Source: Sphaeroforma arctica JP610 | Lineage: Eukaryota | Direction: 5' to 3' | Length of the DNA: 64,000 nt | NCBI RefSeq assembly: GCF_001186125.1 | Contig: NW_014040148.1 | Location: 1-64,000, forward strand | Part shown: one piece after another, positions 40,372 to 53,449 of the stretch | Layout: the number at the start of each line of letters is the position of its first letter | How positions within the stretch are numbered: the first letter of the stretch is position 1 | Made by a program: the position numbers and the translations under genes | Notes under the pieces: model-generated | Database searches by the model: none | The model's input: only the letters and a program-made list of their open reading frames with translations | Told to the model about the DNA's origin: nothing

Positions 40372-41020
40372 CTAACCTTGCACCAGGCGTCGTTGTCGTC
40401 GACTCTCACGCGTTTGAATCCGCTTGCGATATGCGAGTACGTCGTTGGAATCGTCAAAGGCCTCGGCTGTCACCCATGTAGGAGATCCTTCCAACCAACG
40501 TACCAAATATTCCGATTGTTGAGTCGCCTCATTATGACGATGCGATATGATATGTCGAAATGTCGAACCTCCCTCTCTCCATAGAAATTCAGCTAGTGGT
40601 GGTTCCGTAGCCCGATGTACAAGCCGAATAATCTCCACATTCACGGGTCGGTCTCTGAGCTCAGGCGGCTTGCTGCCATCCTTTGCTCGTATATGGTAGC
40701 TCTGATTTTCCCGGCTGTGAATCACGTACGGACCAAGCAATGGTTTCATGGCTTTGGTCGTCGCTTCCTGTGCGAGTATCATGACGACGTCCCCCGTCTT
40801 AAATTCAATCGAATCAAATATACGCATCTGATCCGTAGCCTCTGTCATGGTATCAATATACTTAATTGTTTTCTGATGAAGTTTTGGTAGGATAGTCTTC
40901 TCTAAATCATCCAACCTCTTTAACCATGCATCATTCGTGGTAGGAATATGACCAGGTAAGTCATCAGTCATGTTTGCAAACGGAACATGTCGTCGACCAA
41001 AATAAACGCTGAATGGTGCG
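40372..41020 (-). mobile_element. Ty3/Gypsy chromovirus pol 3' end: integrase C-terminus (GPY/F) plus chromodomain
   Basis: APFSVYFGR, FKTGDVVMI, GPYVI and chromodomain IISHR..EYLVRWLEGSPTWVTAEAF. The integrase core and RT are absent upstream. Confidence 0.88.
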
Positions 41021-41269
41021 TCTTTTTTTTTGTGCTTCCTGTTCTGCATCTTCACAGGCTAAGGATTTATGCAGATGAACATTGATGAATTCTATAAGGC
41101 CAGGCCTCTAAAAAACATAAGGCCCGAGGAAGTGGTCTTTTCTTACAATAGATTGCGAACTATTATTCTCATTAGAAATATCGCTATCACCATGGCCGTA
41201 TATTATTTGTACTATAGCTTTGTCCTGCCGTATAACAGCCGTTGCAGGATTTTCAAGAGTTCATTGATA

Positions 41270-43620
41270 TAGAGGTACATGCCATTTTTGTGGTCGACTG
41301 GTACAGGTATTATTAGCATCTTCATCATCGACAAGATACATTCTATATGGAAACTTGCGTCCGAACCGGGCTTGCATACATACAACCCACACTAGCGCAG
41401 TGCACATATTTGCCCCCCAGACCTAGTGGACAATATCAATAGCATTCTGTGACTCTATTTATGTTATTTTCGCCAGGAAAGAGCTTGGCATGCGCCTTCA
41501 TCAGTGAGTTTTTAATCGATCGCAGTATGTGCGCAGTAACAAAAACTGCGGCCTCTAAGAATACTGCTGAAACACATATCGCCATCCACTTGTAGCCTAC
41601 TGTGGCTTCAGCACTCCTGAGTTCATCATTTGCACTTGCAACATGTGTATGTCGCAGCGCGCTGTTGACCCTTCTAATAAGTAGCTTGCCCAAAATATTC
41701 TATTATATGATCAAGATTTATATGTGGCAATGTTTGCCAAGCTAAACTAGATATGCGTACATATGTATGATTGAATCTTTGGGTAGTGATGTTATTCCAG
41801 GATTGTATGTGCCACCTGAATAAGCTTTGTACTAGCTTTGCTTATATTTTAGTACCGGTGAAGCACAAGACATTCGCTGGCAGGTCCTTTTCACCACATA
41901 ATGCGATTCATTCAAGTCCAGTGGATGTGAACACCCATGCATCACGCGCATACCGGAATGACTCACCGCATTTCTCACACACATCATTATCAAGACACGC
42001 AAGGAACCGAATATGCTCTCTGTATCAGGAGTATTTTTTTTACAACTTTGTAGGCCTTCCCCAGATCCATGAGTTCCTTCATTTTCTTTACACACAATGG
42101 ACCACCTTGAAGTCGGGGATGGGAGGTATAATCACACCCTTTCAACAATACGTAAGCGAGAAAGAAAGCATCGTTCAATTTTGAGCTTAGATTATCATTG
42201 ACGCTTGATACCAACTTCTCAATAGAGCCTTTTCGCACTTCTCTGGTGAATATACATACGTTGAATAGGTTCGGCTTGTCACAGGCAGCCTTGTCGTTCA
42301 AATAGAATCATACGTCCACACCCCCATCATATGCGAGTACGTCGGAATCAAGTGTAGCGACAATGGACTAATCATTACTACGCTGACGACACATATAGAT
42401 TGGTTGAGCATCGGCTTCAAACGGTGCAACCGTTTTGTCGAATCGCCTCTATGCACAAAGCCCTAGACCAATTCTGGTTTGCACCCCTTTGTGTTCTTTG
42501 ATTTACAGCATCTCTGAGCAATTTAAAAAAATTCACGCTTCCCCGTTCATTATCGGGTAGTGACTTCAAGAGTCTGTATGCTTCTCGCGCTCTCGTATCT
42601 CTATTTTTCCTTTTAATACGCTTTGCAGGCGGCGTGTTGTGTTCCCNNNNNNNNNNNNNNNNNNNNNNNNNNNNNNNNNNNNNNNNNNNNNNNNNNNNNN
42701 NNNNNNNNNNNNNNNNNNNNNNNNNNNNNNNNNNNNNNNNNNNNNNNNNNNNNNNNNNNNNNNNNNNNNNNNNNNNNNNNNNNNNNNNNNNNNNNNNNNN
42801 NNNNNNNNNNNNNNNNNNNNNNNNNNNNNNNNNNNNNNNNNNNNNNNNNNNNNNNNNNNNNNNNNNNNNNNNNNNNNNNNNNNNNNNNNNNNNNNNNNNN
42901 NNNNNNNNNNNNNNNNNNNNNNNNNNNNNNNNNNNNNNNNNNNNNNNNNNNNNNNNNNNNNNNNNNNNNNNNNNNNNNNNNNNNNNNNNNNNNNNNNNNN
43001 NNNNNNNNNNNNNNNNNNNNNNNNNNNNNNNNNNNNNNNNNNNNNNNNNNNNNNNNNNNNNNNNNNNNNNNNNNNNNNNNNNNNNNNNNNNNNNNNNNNN
43101 NNNNNNNNNNNNNNNNNNNNNNNNNNNNNNNNNNNNNNNNNNNNNNNNNNNNNNNNNNNNNNNNNNNNNNNNNNNNNNNNNNNNNNNNNNNNNNNNNNNN
43201 NNNNNNNNNNNNNNNNNNNNNNNNNNNNNNNNNNNNNNNNNNNNNNNNNNNNNNNNNNNNNNNNNNNNNNNNNNNNNNNNNNNNNNNNNNNNNNNNNNNN
43301 NNNNNNNNNNNNNNNNNNNNNNNNNNNNNNNNNNNNNNNNNNNNNNNNNNNNNNNNNNNNNNNNNNNNNNNNNNNNNNNNNNNNNNNNNNNNNNNNNNNN
43401 NNNNNNNNNNNNNNNNNNNNNNNNNNNNNNNNNNNNNNNNNNNNGCGCAATGATGAGATGGATCAGTGATGTTGCATCTACCATACATATTTTGTTTGCA
43501 ACAGTAGGCTCAAGCTATTTGATTCTTATGGCTTTCTTCTTATTTGATGCGATACTCTCGGTCCCAACAATGACACTCGGCAGCATATTGTAATAGCTAT
43601 GTTGGCTGCATCCTTCAGAA
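41270..43620 (-). pseudogene. Decayed Exo1/XPG/FEN1-family 5' nuclease fused to a C-terminal SWIM zinc finger
   Basis: Collinear motifs across stops and frameshifts: NKICMVDATSLIH (~43496-43458), [gap], EHNTPPAK..RAREA, VAPFEADAQ (42430-42404), TLDSDVLAY (DSD 42349-42341), VLLKGCDY (GCDY 42139-42128), KAYKVVKK, then ECY*YCPLGLGGKYVHCASV (~41447-41388) and TCTSRPQKWHVP (41308-41273). Confidence 0.8.
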
Positions 43621-44231
43621 TGAAGCTTGTAGTGACTACTATTCTCGAATATGTGTCGATTTGTTGTTTATTAACTTTTAAAAGCGGAATAGAATGGAAA
43701 CATTTTGACATTGTCGCGGTTTCCTGCTAATTCATTTATACATGCAAGTGCATAGTTAACAATGCTTTCCCGTGCAGCAGAATTTTATTCAATGGTTAGG
43801 AAACACAACAGTCTATTCCATTTTATATCCACCAAAGCGATGAACTAGCGAGTTCTTTGTAAATGATAGCAATGTGATACCTCCAGACTGTATGCCCTCT
43901 GGTATGGTTCACATCGACACACGTAGCAAGTGTCAGACGTTCTTTGACGCTCTGACATTGGGTTGCTAAATAAATGAATGAGATTGAGACAGACACAAAG
44001 TGTAAAACCAAAAGCCACAGTAACTATTAAACTGGAAGACACGAAAAGCACAGATGTCACTACATTTGTACGAAATCAACATAAGACCCGAGCTACAACT
44101 TTGCAAATAAGTTCTCATACTTCGGTGCTACACATAATGATGCGCAAATGACATTTAAATGTTTCTATTGTCATCGATTGGGGCAAAACAAAAGGCACAT
44201 GACACGTACTTCTTACCAAGTTCGATAATAT

Positions 44232-44659
44232 TCGATGTATGTGCCGTAAACCAGAGGGTTCTGACATCCTGTCGGTCTTTTGGCAATACCAAAGCAGTAC
44301 TTGCCAGTTTTAAGGGTGTACGAATATGAGACCATATTTGGCTACTTTTGCCTCGTTTCCATTGTAAAATGCATAAGGAACAATGTACTTCGTAAAAGTC
44401 TCTTATTAAAGTACCCTGAGCTCAAACTATCGTATGGTTATGATCGATGGATGCGCCGTAAACCTGAGGGCTCCGACGTTCTCCCGGTCCTTTGGCATTG
44501 CCTCAGCAGTGCTTGCCTGTTTTGGGGGTGAACGAATGTGAGAATATATTTGCCTTATTTTGTCTCGTTCTGTGCCCATTGTGAGGTGCATATGGAGCAA
44601 TCTTCTCCGTACGAATCTTATACTGGAGTATCCTGAGCTCAAACTATCGTATGATTATG
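44232..44659 (+). repeat. Diverged ~212-bp tandem duplication
   Basis: Both units run from tcgatg.atg.gccgtaaacc.gaggg to cctgagctcaaactatcgtatg.ttatg. Confidence 0.85.
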
Positions 44660-46096
44660 TGCTTCCAAAAGATGAATTTAGCATGAAATCAGTACTGTCA
44701 AGTACAAAGAGCATATAATACAAAAACAAGGTTTCGTCAAGCAACCTCAAACGGCTTTACCGCTTTATTGTTGTTCACAGATGACATTGTCTTAAGTTTT
44801 TTTATACATATTCTAATGTTCAACGAGTGGTCTGTGCCGAGGACATTGCAAATTCGCTACAGGATAAGCGATGGNNNNNNNNNNNNNNNNNNNNNNNNNN
44901 NNNNNNNNNNNNNNNNNNNNNNNNNNNNNNNNNNNNNNNNNNNNNNNNNNNNNNNNNNNNNNNNNNNNNNNNNNNNNNNNNNNNNNNNNNNNNNNNNNNN
45001 NNNNNNNNNNNNNNNNNNNNNNNNNNNNNNNNNNNNNNNNNNNNNNNNNNNNNNNNNNNNNNNNNNNNNNNNNNNNNNNNNNNNNNNNNNNNNNNNNNNN
45101 NNNNNNNNNNNNNNNNNNNNNNNNNNNNNNNNNNNNNNNNNNNNNNNNNNNNNNNNNNNNNNNNNNNNNNNNNNNNNNNNNNNNNNNNNNNNNNNNNNNN
45201 NNNNNNNNNNNNNNNNNNNNNNNNNNNNNNNNNNNNNNNNNNNNNNNNNNNNNNNNNNNNNNNNNNNNNNNNNNNNNNNNNNNNNNNNNNNNNNNNNNNN
45301 NNNNNNNNNNNNNNNNNNNNNNNNNNNNNNNNNNNNNNNNNNNNNNNNNNNNNNNNNNNNNNNNNNNNNNNNNNNNNNNNNNNNNNTACCTAGTTGTCGA
45401 CGATATAGAAGATGAAGCGAAGTATGTTTTAGATTCTATTTCTTATACTCATCCCTGTTAGTGTAAGTGTGATACAATAGTTTTAATTTGACAAACTGTT
45501 CATATACCGTCAAACGTTTTCATTTCGCATCCTTTGTAGCTTTATGTACAATATATGCTGGTTGTTCGCTAAATCATTACAGTGGATAATTAAGCATGTG
45601 TACAAATTTACCCCTTTGTGGCAACTAGTTGTTGATCCCAATTACATTTATTCTTGTATCACGTGCGAATTTTGTTCTGCTGCGGGTACAATTCAGGAGT
45701 ATTTAGCCTTAGCCACAATATCTATTTACACTGAGTGCAAGGTTCTACATAGCGGCTACTCCTGCGATATATATATATATATAAACATGCTGGTTTTTAT
45801 TCCCATTGATAGTCTCATGTAGATGATATTTAAAAGCCGGTATGACTAGCATAGGCGGCAAATTTTTACATAATAGTTATTACTATGCAACAGGTTATTC
45901 GCCATTCCCTTTGATGAGCGTTCTTCCGAATCCATTGCGGTTAATATACCGTGTAGCGGGAATATTTTTTTTATTTCAAAGGTACATGTGTAAGTCTGGA
46001 AGGTACTTCGCGTTGATTATGATAAAGAAATCCTCTTTGATAGCCTCTTACAAGTTACAATCTAGTATGATACATTTCCTCGACTCGTGCTGGACT

Positions 46097-46830
46097 CGGT
46101 TCCGCATTACGAGTGTACTGTCAAGCGCTGAATTTAGCTTTCCAAATGTGTGGATGACATCGCCTTGTATTATCCTCATATGCTTTTATGGCAAAGAGTG
46201 ACTCTGCAAGATCCGATGAGTAAGTGATGTCAGATCGTATTGTGTACCAGTCCTATTATTTTGACAGCTGGGATGTCTTGTATATTCCAAAATTCAGCCT
46301 GAGAGTGTCTTTCTTTCCTTCCTCATTACCAATGCAAATCATGAAAATGGATTTATCCCAATTAACTCGGTGCAAGGACGCGCGTAGTTGGGTCTACTCC
46401 TTGGTGGTCTACCAGTCATGATTTTTGATGCTACTCGAAGGGTGCGATCCTGACCACGGTTTAGTCTAGATGAACACTACTCATGTGTTCGTTGGTTTCC
46501 AGTAACGAACCTATACGACCATGATCACTACCCCTTGCTGATCTTACCTGAATCATGAAATGAGAGACGCGGTTCCGCCGTACGAGTGTAGTGTCAAGCG
46601 CTGAATTTACCTTTTCCGCAATGATGAGCGGATGACATTGGCTTTGTGCTCTTCAATGGTGCTCTTACGGGAGGAGTGACTCTGCAAACCCCGATGAGAA
46701 AGTGACGTCTCACTAGTGAGTAAGACTTGCAATGACATCGACTTCATTCTCTTCTGTGGTGCTCTTATAAAAGTAGTGACTCTGCAAGACCCGATGAGCA
46801 AGTGATGTCTCACTAGTGAGTAAGACTTGC
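46097..46830 (+). repeat. Dispersed/tandem repeat: 46097-46231, 46570-46730 and partial 46775-46830
   Basis: Shared tgtcaagcgctgaattta and agtgactctgcaa..ccgatgag.aagtga.gtc; two copies carry the palindrome ctcactagtgag. Confidence 0.8.
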
Positions 46831-47521
46831 TCGCTATCAATAAACAGCTAGTGACTCGGTATCAATACATATGTGTTGTGAATTGCATATGCATGCGCGT
46901 TGCGTGGTAATATCCAATTTGTGTTTCATTGAGATCTGATGATGAGCATAAAACCTTAGATCGAGGCGAGTATTGTAACCATGAGAAGTAATGTTGCCGA
47001 AAACGTCACTCGTTTGCAGAGGTGGACTTGCAATCTACAAGACATATCCGTTCAACTTTATCTTCTCGATTGTATGGCTACGATCCGTTCATGCCTATCC
47101 ATCTTCTAGAATCATCTATATTGTGTTCCCATTTAATAAATACCAATGAATACAGAATATCCGGGGCGGCATGCAAAGATTGAAGCAGGCGCCTTTCGCA
47201 AACCCTTTTGATTGCAACCAAATGTAAGGAATTTAGAAATTACCATTGTACAACTGCTGTCGACTGAGCAGCGAGTGCGCTTGAATGAGAAGCAACTATC
47301 CCAAGCTGCTCAACTTTTGACAAAATATAGTATTGATATCTTATGCGTATGTAAAGATATTACAGGGATGACAATGGCTACGATGTGCATAAGTACTAGC
47401 GATGGAACCCTGCGATAACTGCTTACGTGGTAAACAGACACAAAAAATAAACGTAATGTTCATTCTGGTCTGTTGCTGTTGGGGATGGGGGGTCAGGGGG
47501 TCAGAAAGAAGTGGGACGCAG

Positions 47522-48093
47522 GTGAAGTTGGGGGCGACGTAATGTTGAATGTATATATTTCATCGTAGTCAAATTTTTATCATGATACTGTACAAACATT
47601 GACCACATTTTGTTCTGTCTCAGGAAGAATCCTCATTTGTGTTCGATTGACCAAAGAAACTGCAAATTTATGTGGGTATTCATACTTGGAAGTCATTCTT
47701 TGTGAACAGATACAAGGTAATATTATAGTGATTTATAAATACATACTCGGCAGTTTGAATATGCAAATGAATGAAATTATGGTCTGCTTTTCGGGATCGT
47801 ACTCAAAGTGAAGTTGGGGGCGACTTAATGTTGAATGTATATATTTCATCGTAGTCAAATTTTTATCATGATACTGTACAAACATTGACCACATTATGTT
47901 CTGTCTAAGGAAGAATCCTCACTTGTACTCGATTGACCAAAGAAACTGCAAATTTATGTGGGTATTCATACTTGGAAGTCATTCTTTGTGAACAGATACA
48001 AGGTAATATTATAGTGATTTATAAATACATACTCGGCAGTTTGAATATGCAAATGAATGAAATTATGGTCTGCTTTTCGGGATCGTACTCAAA
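47522..48093 (+). repeat. Near-identical 286-bp tandem duplication
   Basis: 47522-47807 and 47808-48093 differ at only a few positions. Confidence 0.95.
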
Positions 48094-48291
48094 TAGAATA
48101 TTATATTGCATAGAATGTGGTTCACGATCTCGCCCCTCTATGTGCTATATTCGGGAAAGCTGTTGCTTTTACTAGATCTTCGATTAGGTGCATATCTTAC
48201 CGAATACATACAATCGTCGGATTTGCGTGCGTACCAGAATCCGAACCTGTTCAGCTTCCAGTTTATCCTGCGTAAAGTTCATAGGGTATGG

Positions 48292-49694
48292 TTACGCTAT
48301 CACATAGGGTTACTATAATGAAATACTTGTCAATATTGCTATCTTGGACGTCTAATAGGCGATACGACCGAGCACATTTGCTTGTTTTAGATTGTACTAA
48401 ATATAGGTCCGGACAAAATAATGGTCATGATATAGCATGGATTATATCTCGTTAATAGCTCAGATCGGACAATACAAAACTTACAAAATTCAGGATAAAT
48501 GGAAAGTGAAGAAATCGATGTAAAAAAGTTATACGAAGGTAGCCACGGACAAAGTACTCGTGTCCATTAGAAAATGTTGGAAACTCAAGATTGTTATGTC
48601 AAATCAAGACAGTTAAGATCACTAATAGGAATATACAACATTGCACATACATTATATATAAGTGATTACATGTGCAACAAACTCACAAATCTTAGATCTA
48701 ATAAAACCTGAAGAACTTTACATTGAAAATCATATGCAAAGTATTCCTGACTTCTTTGACAAAAGACAGTGTATAAGAATAAGCGGATATGCCATTAAAA
48801 GCGAAATAAACAGTACATTTGGCCACGCAACCTTTATCTGCGTGCGGCATTTCTCGTCCAATTTTATAATTTTTTTAGGAGTCGACATAAGTGCATTCAT
48901 TAAGATTGCTCAGAAGGTTCACATCGTAAACCTAATCAGCTTGTGAATTTTTGTACAATTTTATGCATATAGTGATGACCGGTTGTTTTCGAAATATATT
49001 TAGCGGCCTCTGATGCGCGACATGATAGAGCATGTATAAAATAGGTACCGATTACGCTATCACATTGTAAGGGTATTGTAGTGAAGTATCTGTGAATATT
49101 GCTATCTTAGACGTCTAACAGGCGATATGGCTGGGCACAATTTCTTGTTTCCAGATTTTATCATAACGATCATAAGCCCAAGCACAAGTATGGTCATACT
49201 AGGGCATACAATATATAACACTAATCACCCACACCGCATATATAAAACTCCCAAAACTCGGGATAAATGAAAGCGAAGTACTCTATATATGAAAAAGTGA
49301 TACGAAAGAAGCCACAGACAAAATACGTACGTTTGAACTATAGAAGTTCATAGAAACTCAAGGCTATTATGTTAAATCGTGACTATTGAGGTCACCAATA
49401 GAAATATACAACTGCATTGCATTGATAAAATCGTCATCACGCATAACTCGGGTGTATTATTACGGATACTATAAACTCACATAACTCAGTATATTTTAAA
49501 ACGTAAAGAGATCGACATTGAAAATCACATACAAAGTATTCCTGACTCCTCTGGAAGAAGGTAGTGAGCAAAAATAAGCGGATATGCCATTATAAGCGAG
49601 AAAAAAAAAGCACAATTAGTCGCGCAACGTTAATTTGCAGGTAAAATCTCTATTTCTGTGTTTTAGTTTTGGAGAAATCAACGTCAGTGCATTC
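48292..49694 (+). repeat. Diverged ~0.6-kb direct repeat (period ~760 bp)
   Basis: Shared anchors ttacgctatcacat, aatattgctatctt.gacgtctaa, cattgaaaatca, caaagtattcctgact, aataagcggatatgccatta. Confidence 0.85.
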
Positions 49695-49709
49695 CTTACA
49701 TTTGATTAT

Positions 49710-50293
49710 AATATCCACGTCATGAACTTACTCGGCTTTCACTCCCAACTTCCGCACACTATTATACATATAATGATATGGGCTGAATTTGAAGCTCATC
49801 TAGGGCCTTCGATGTGCTGTGTGTTGTGAGCTACGACACATTAGTGCATGTAAATCGTCTAGTTGTCGTATACTTGTATACATCGAACCACATTCATACT
49901 CGGCCACTAAACTATTAAATGATCGACATACGTCTTTTTATTTCAAGTACACACATCATTATTGTGCGCTATTATGTGGACTACTCGTAATCCTTTCCAT
50001 TTGATAAGAATATCCTCATCATGAGCTTATTCGGCTTTCACTCCCAACTTCCGCACAATATTATACGTATAGTGATAGGGGCTGAATTAAAAACTCATCT
50101 AGGGCCTTCAATGTGCTGTATGTTGTGAGCTACGACACGATAGTGCGTGTGTATCATCTAGTTGTCCTATACTTGTATACATCGGACCACATTCATACTC
50201 GGCCACTAAACTATTGAATAATTGACATATTTCTTTCTATTCAAGTACACACATCATTATTGTGCGCGCTATCATGTGGACTGCTCGTAGTCC
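49710..50293 (+). repeat. ~299-bp tandem duplication
   Basis: Shared tcggctttcactcccaacttccgcaca and cacattcatactcggccactaaactatt. Confidence 0.92.
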
Positions 50294-53200
50294 TAAATCG
50301 TACTCATATCATTTTGAATCAACTTTACGAATAGTTAAATAGCAATCTACTAACTAGCCCATGACTAACCTGGCTGGTCCGCACAGAACTGAAGTTTAGT
50401 CATCTTATTTGGCATCTTTTAAGATTGTGTGTTCTGTTGATGTCCACAACGTAATTTAAATACAGAAGATTGCATTCACGCACATATACTTTGGATACCT
50501 GATCAACGACTACAAGGAGACCACAGCATTCGCACGAACGATTTCCATGTTTGTTTATACTAGAGACAGTCACCCTGAGAGTAACAAAACAAATGATGAT
50601 AATAAACTTTAAAACCAATTGATACTGATCCTGAATGCATGGGTGCAAAGTCTGTACCCACACATAAATCATCCAACTCCGCCATGCAAAACTTCAAAGT
50701 CCGCTTAATTCCGAACTTTACTCCTGTGCGGTTAATCACGGGTCGAGCAGTGCAGCCGCAGAAATTATGAGAGACATCACTCCGAAAAAAAAGTCGGCTG
50801 AGATCGATGTGAAATAACCAAACACACACGTTGTATAAATCGAGTACACATGCCAATTGCATATGAAGACTAAAATGTCTTCTACGATGCCGCTGTACCC
50901 AAATTCTTGATGTATCAAATCTCGACTACACCACTTTTCTAAAGTTTAACAGGTACATTGATGTATAAAAACTTTCTACGTATTATATATTTGGTACTCA
51001 CGTATGGCCATTAGAATTGGTCGAATCCGCACACAAATCTAGACATACCGCCAACATATTAAATATAATCCCGATTGACCAGCGATAGATTCAAGTTGTA
51101 TATTTAAACCCTGTCACGAACTGCCAGCAACAATATATACACTCGGAACTAATTCTAAATTACAATCTGTGTCGTACTCTGTAAATTTCAGTCAGATATA
51201 GATGTTATGGATAATAATTACTCAAAACAGAAGTATTTGGTGGACTAATATACACGAAGTTGGAATTATGGTGGTTGTGTAAAAATAACAGGAGTCATAT
51301 TCATGACTGAGTCCGAGCTAACCTCTATGATGATGTACATTGACCAAATCTGGAATCACGATCGCTTAAAACCCTTTTAGCAACCTTTTGACGGCATATG
51401 CAGAAAAACAACAAATATACCAACAGAAAAAAATTGAGTACTACCTCAAATCTCTGTAACTGATCCACCCCGTTTGAGTGTGTACACGAAATTATTGGAA
51501 ACTTCGGACCATAGAACAGGCCATATAGCCGACACCAACTTTTTACTAAACAGTGTTGAAATATCTACCAACCAACTCTAATAATACGATTCCTGTGCAC
51601 GGTAGATAACATATAATCAACTCTCCTGATGATTTATAGTCAACCACATACAACCGAGTTGCATTTTAAAAAGTCTGAATACACTAGCACTGTGGAACCC
51701 ATGGGTTATAATAGTATTGGAGTGCCGATGACTGTCTAATATAGCGGCACACGATATCTCGTAGATGTATCATAAAGAATATTCCATGATGTATAGCAGC
51801 GTCTTTGAAACGCCACTCGCGGTGCACATCGGCTACCTCCCAATAACCAAGAAGTGGGGATTTATATTAGATACAGTCATGATATAATTGTTGTGAAGAT
51901 TATCCTGTATTGCCCTGTGATTATCACCACTCGCCTTGAAATGAACATAATATTGTGTACTACCAGTAGGTGGATATTCACCTGCCTCCAAGGTGCTCAT
52001 TTAAACCGCTAGATGAGATATAAGAGAACTACAGGTTCTGTATTGTCTCGTGGAGTTTTACACGACGGATTGGATGCAATATCAATGAAATGTTTTAAAA
52101 GGCGAGCAGATAAACGCGAGCAGAGTGTATACCTATAAAGCGTTATAATATGTCAACCGCTTTACTAAGGACGTTCGATGATGTATGACCTCGATCCTAC
52201 AAAGTTACTCTGGACTGTATGATATTCACTATACTGTAAACTAGTACGAAAGACCGTGTCAACCCACTTTTCACCTCTATAAGTAATCAAAATTATTTTG
52301 ATGAACCCCTTTACGAAGTTTACAGACATTTCAGCACAGTAATTCGTGTCCATTAAAATGCTCAATGTAATTTGAACTCGAAATTCCTGTGTACGCCAAG
52401 ACTGTCTGTCGTTTTCTAGTTGTCACCACGTTAAGGTTTAAAATCACAAAAATGTATTTGATCTAATTTTCACTCTTTGGAGGGTTTCACGTTTAATAGT
52501 ATTTGCTGACAACTATTGTGAGACAGCGGCGATAATCAATTTCTGAACCAAACTTCACATTGATCTTCAGCTGCAAGCACCCGCTTAGTTTATTGCATTC
52601 TCGTGATTAGACCACGGCGTTAAATTATAGATTGCGAGATGATGACGCAACATTCCTGATGGTGACCGGCGGAGCTCACTAGCTTAATTTTACTTTATCC
52701 GTACTATGTCCTGCACACTCGACAGGGATGAAGTGATTGAACGAGACATTAAAGTTTTATTGTTTCATAGAGTACATTCCGAAGTGCAAAATTTAAGCGT
52801 GGCTCTCTCTACCAGGATTCCGTACAAGGAACACACCGCTGTTCAGTAAATTCACAATGGGGGCTTTCTTCTGGGTGAATGCTAACGGCTCAATTTGTAT
52901 CAGCAAATTGCACTCAAATTTCTTAAAATTGACAGCTTTTAAAGTTAGATATATGTGTCTGTATTGTTTACAGAATACTTCGCACAGAGTCTATCTTGCC
53001 TTTGAGGTTGCCCCAACCAGTATCAGTGTCAAGAGGAGGGTTCTCTGTCATTAAATAATATTGTCGATGAATGTGGCTTCTAATGAATTTATGCGCAGCT
53101 CTAAACGCATGAGATAGTCGATGGTCATATCGATGTGTTCGCTCCCAATCTTCAAGCTTCAATTGAGAATTGGAAGTACAACAAGAATAAGTCACGGAAG

Positions 53201-53449
53201 TCAAATCAGAAAGGATGTGGTCTTGCAAATACTGCTCAAGTTCAGCCTGAAAATTGTAATCGAATTCTACTCTGATCTGTGGTTATATGACATAAACCAT
53301 GACAATAAGAAGTCGCTGAAAATGAGGGTGTACTGATATATAATGAATACAGATATCTTACTATATTCATGGAAATACATCGATGTACTTCCTCTGCACC
53401 TTACAGTCAGTGTCCGTAGCTGAATTTCTGAGGTGTAGGTCGAAGAAAT

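Noticed and set aside
41021..41055. N-terminus MKMQNRKHKKK of the 227-aa ORF as part of the integrase
   Set aside because: GTG start with no integrase similarity; probably read-through from the flanking pseudogene across the junction.
46676..46830. Hammerhead ribozyme in the ccgatgag repeats
   Set aside because: The core is CCGAUGA rather than CUGAUGA, and there is no correctly placed stem II followed by GAAA.
50400..53340. Scattered protein-like short frames (possible decayed genes or integrase)
   Set aside because: No diagnostic motif series could be assembled.
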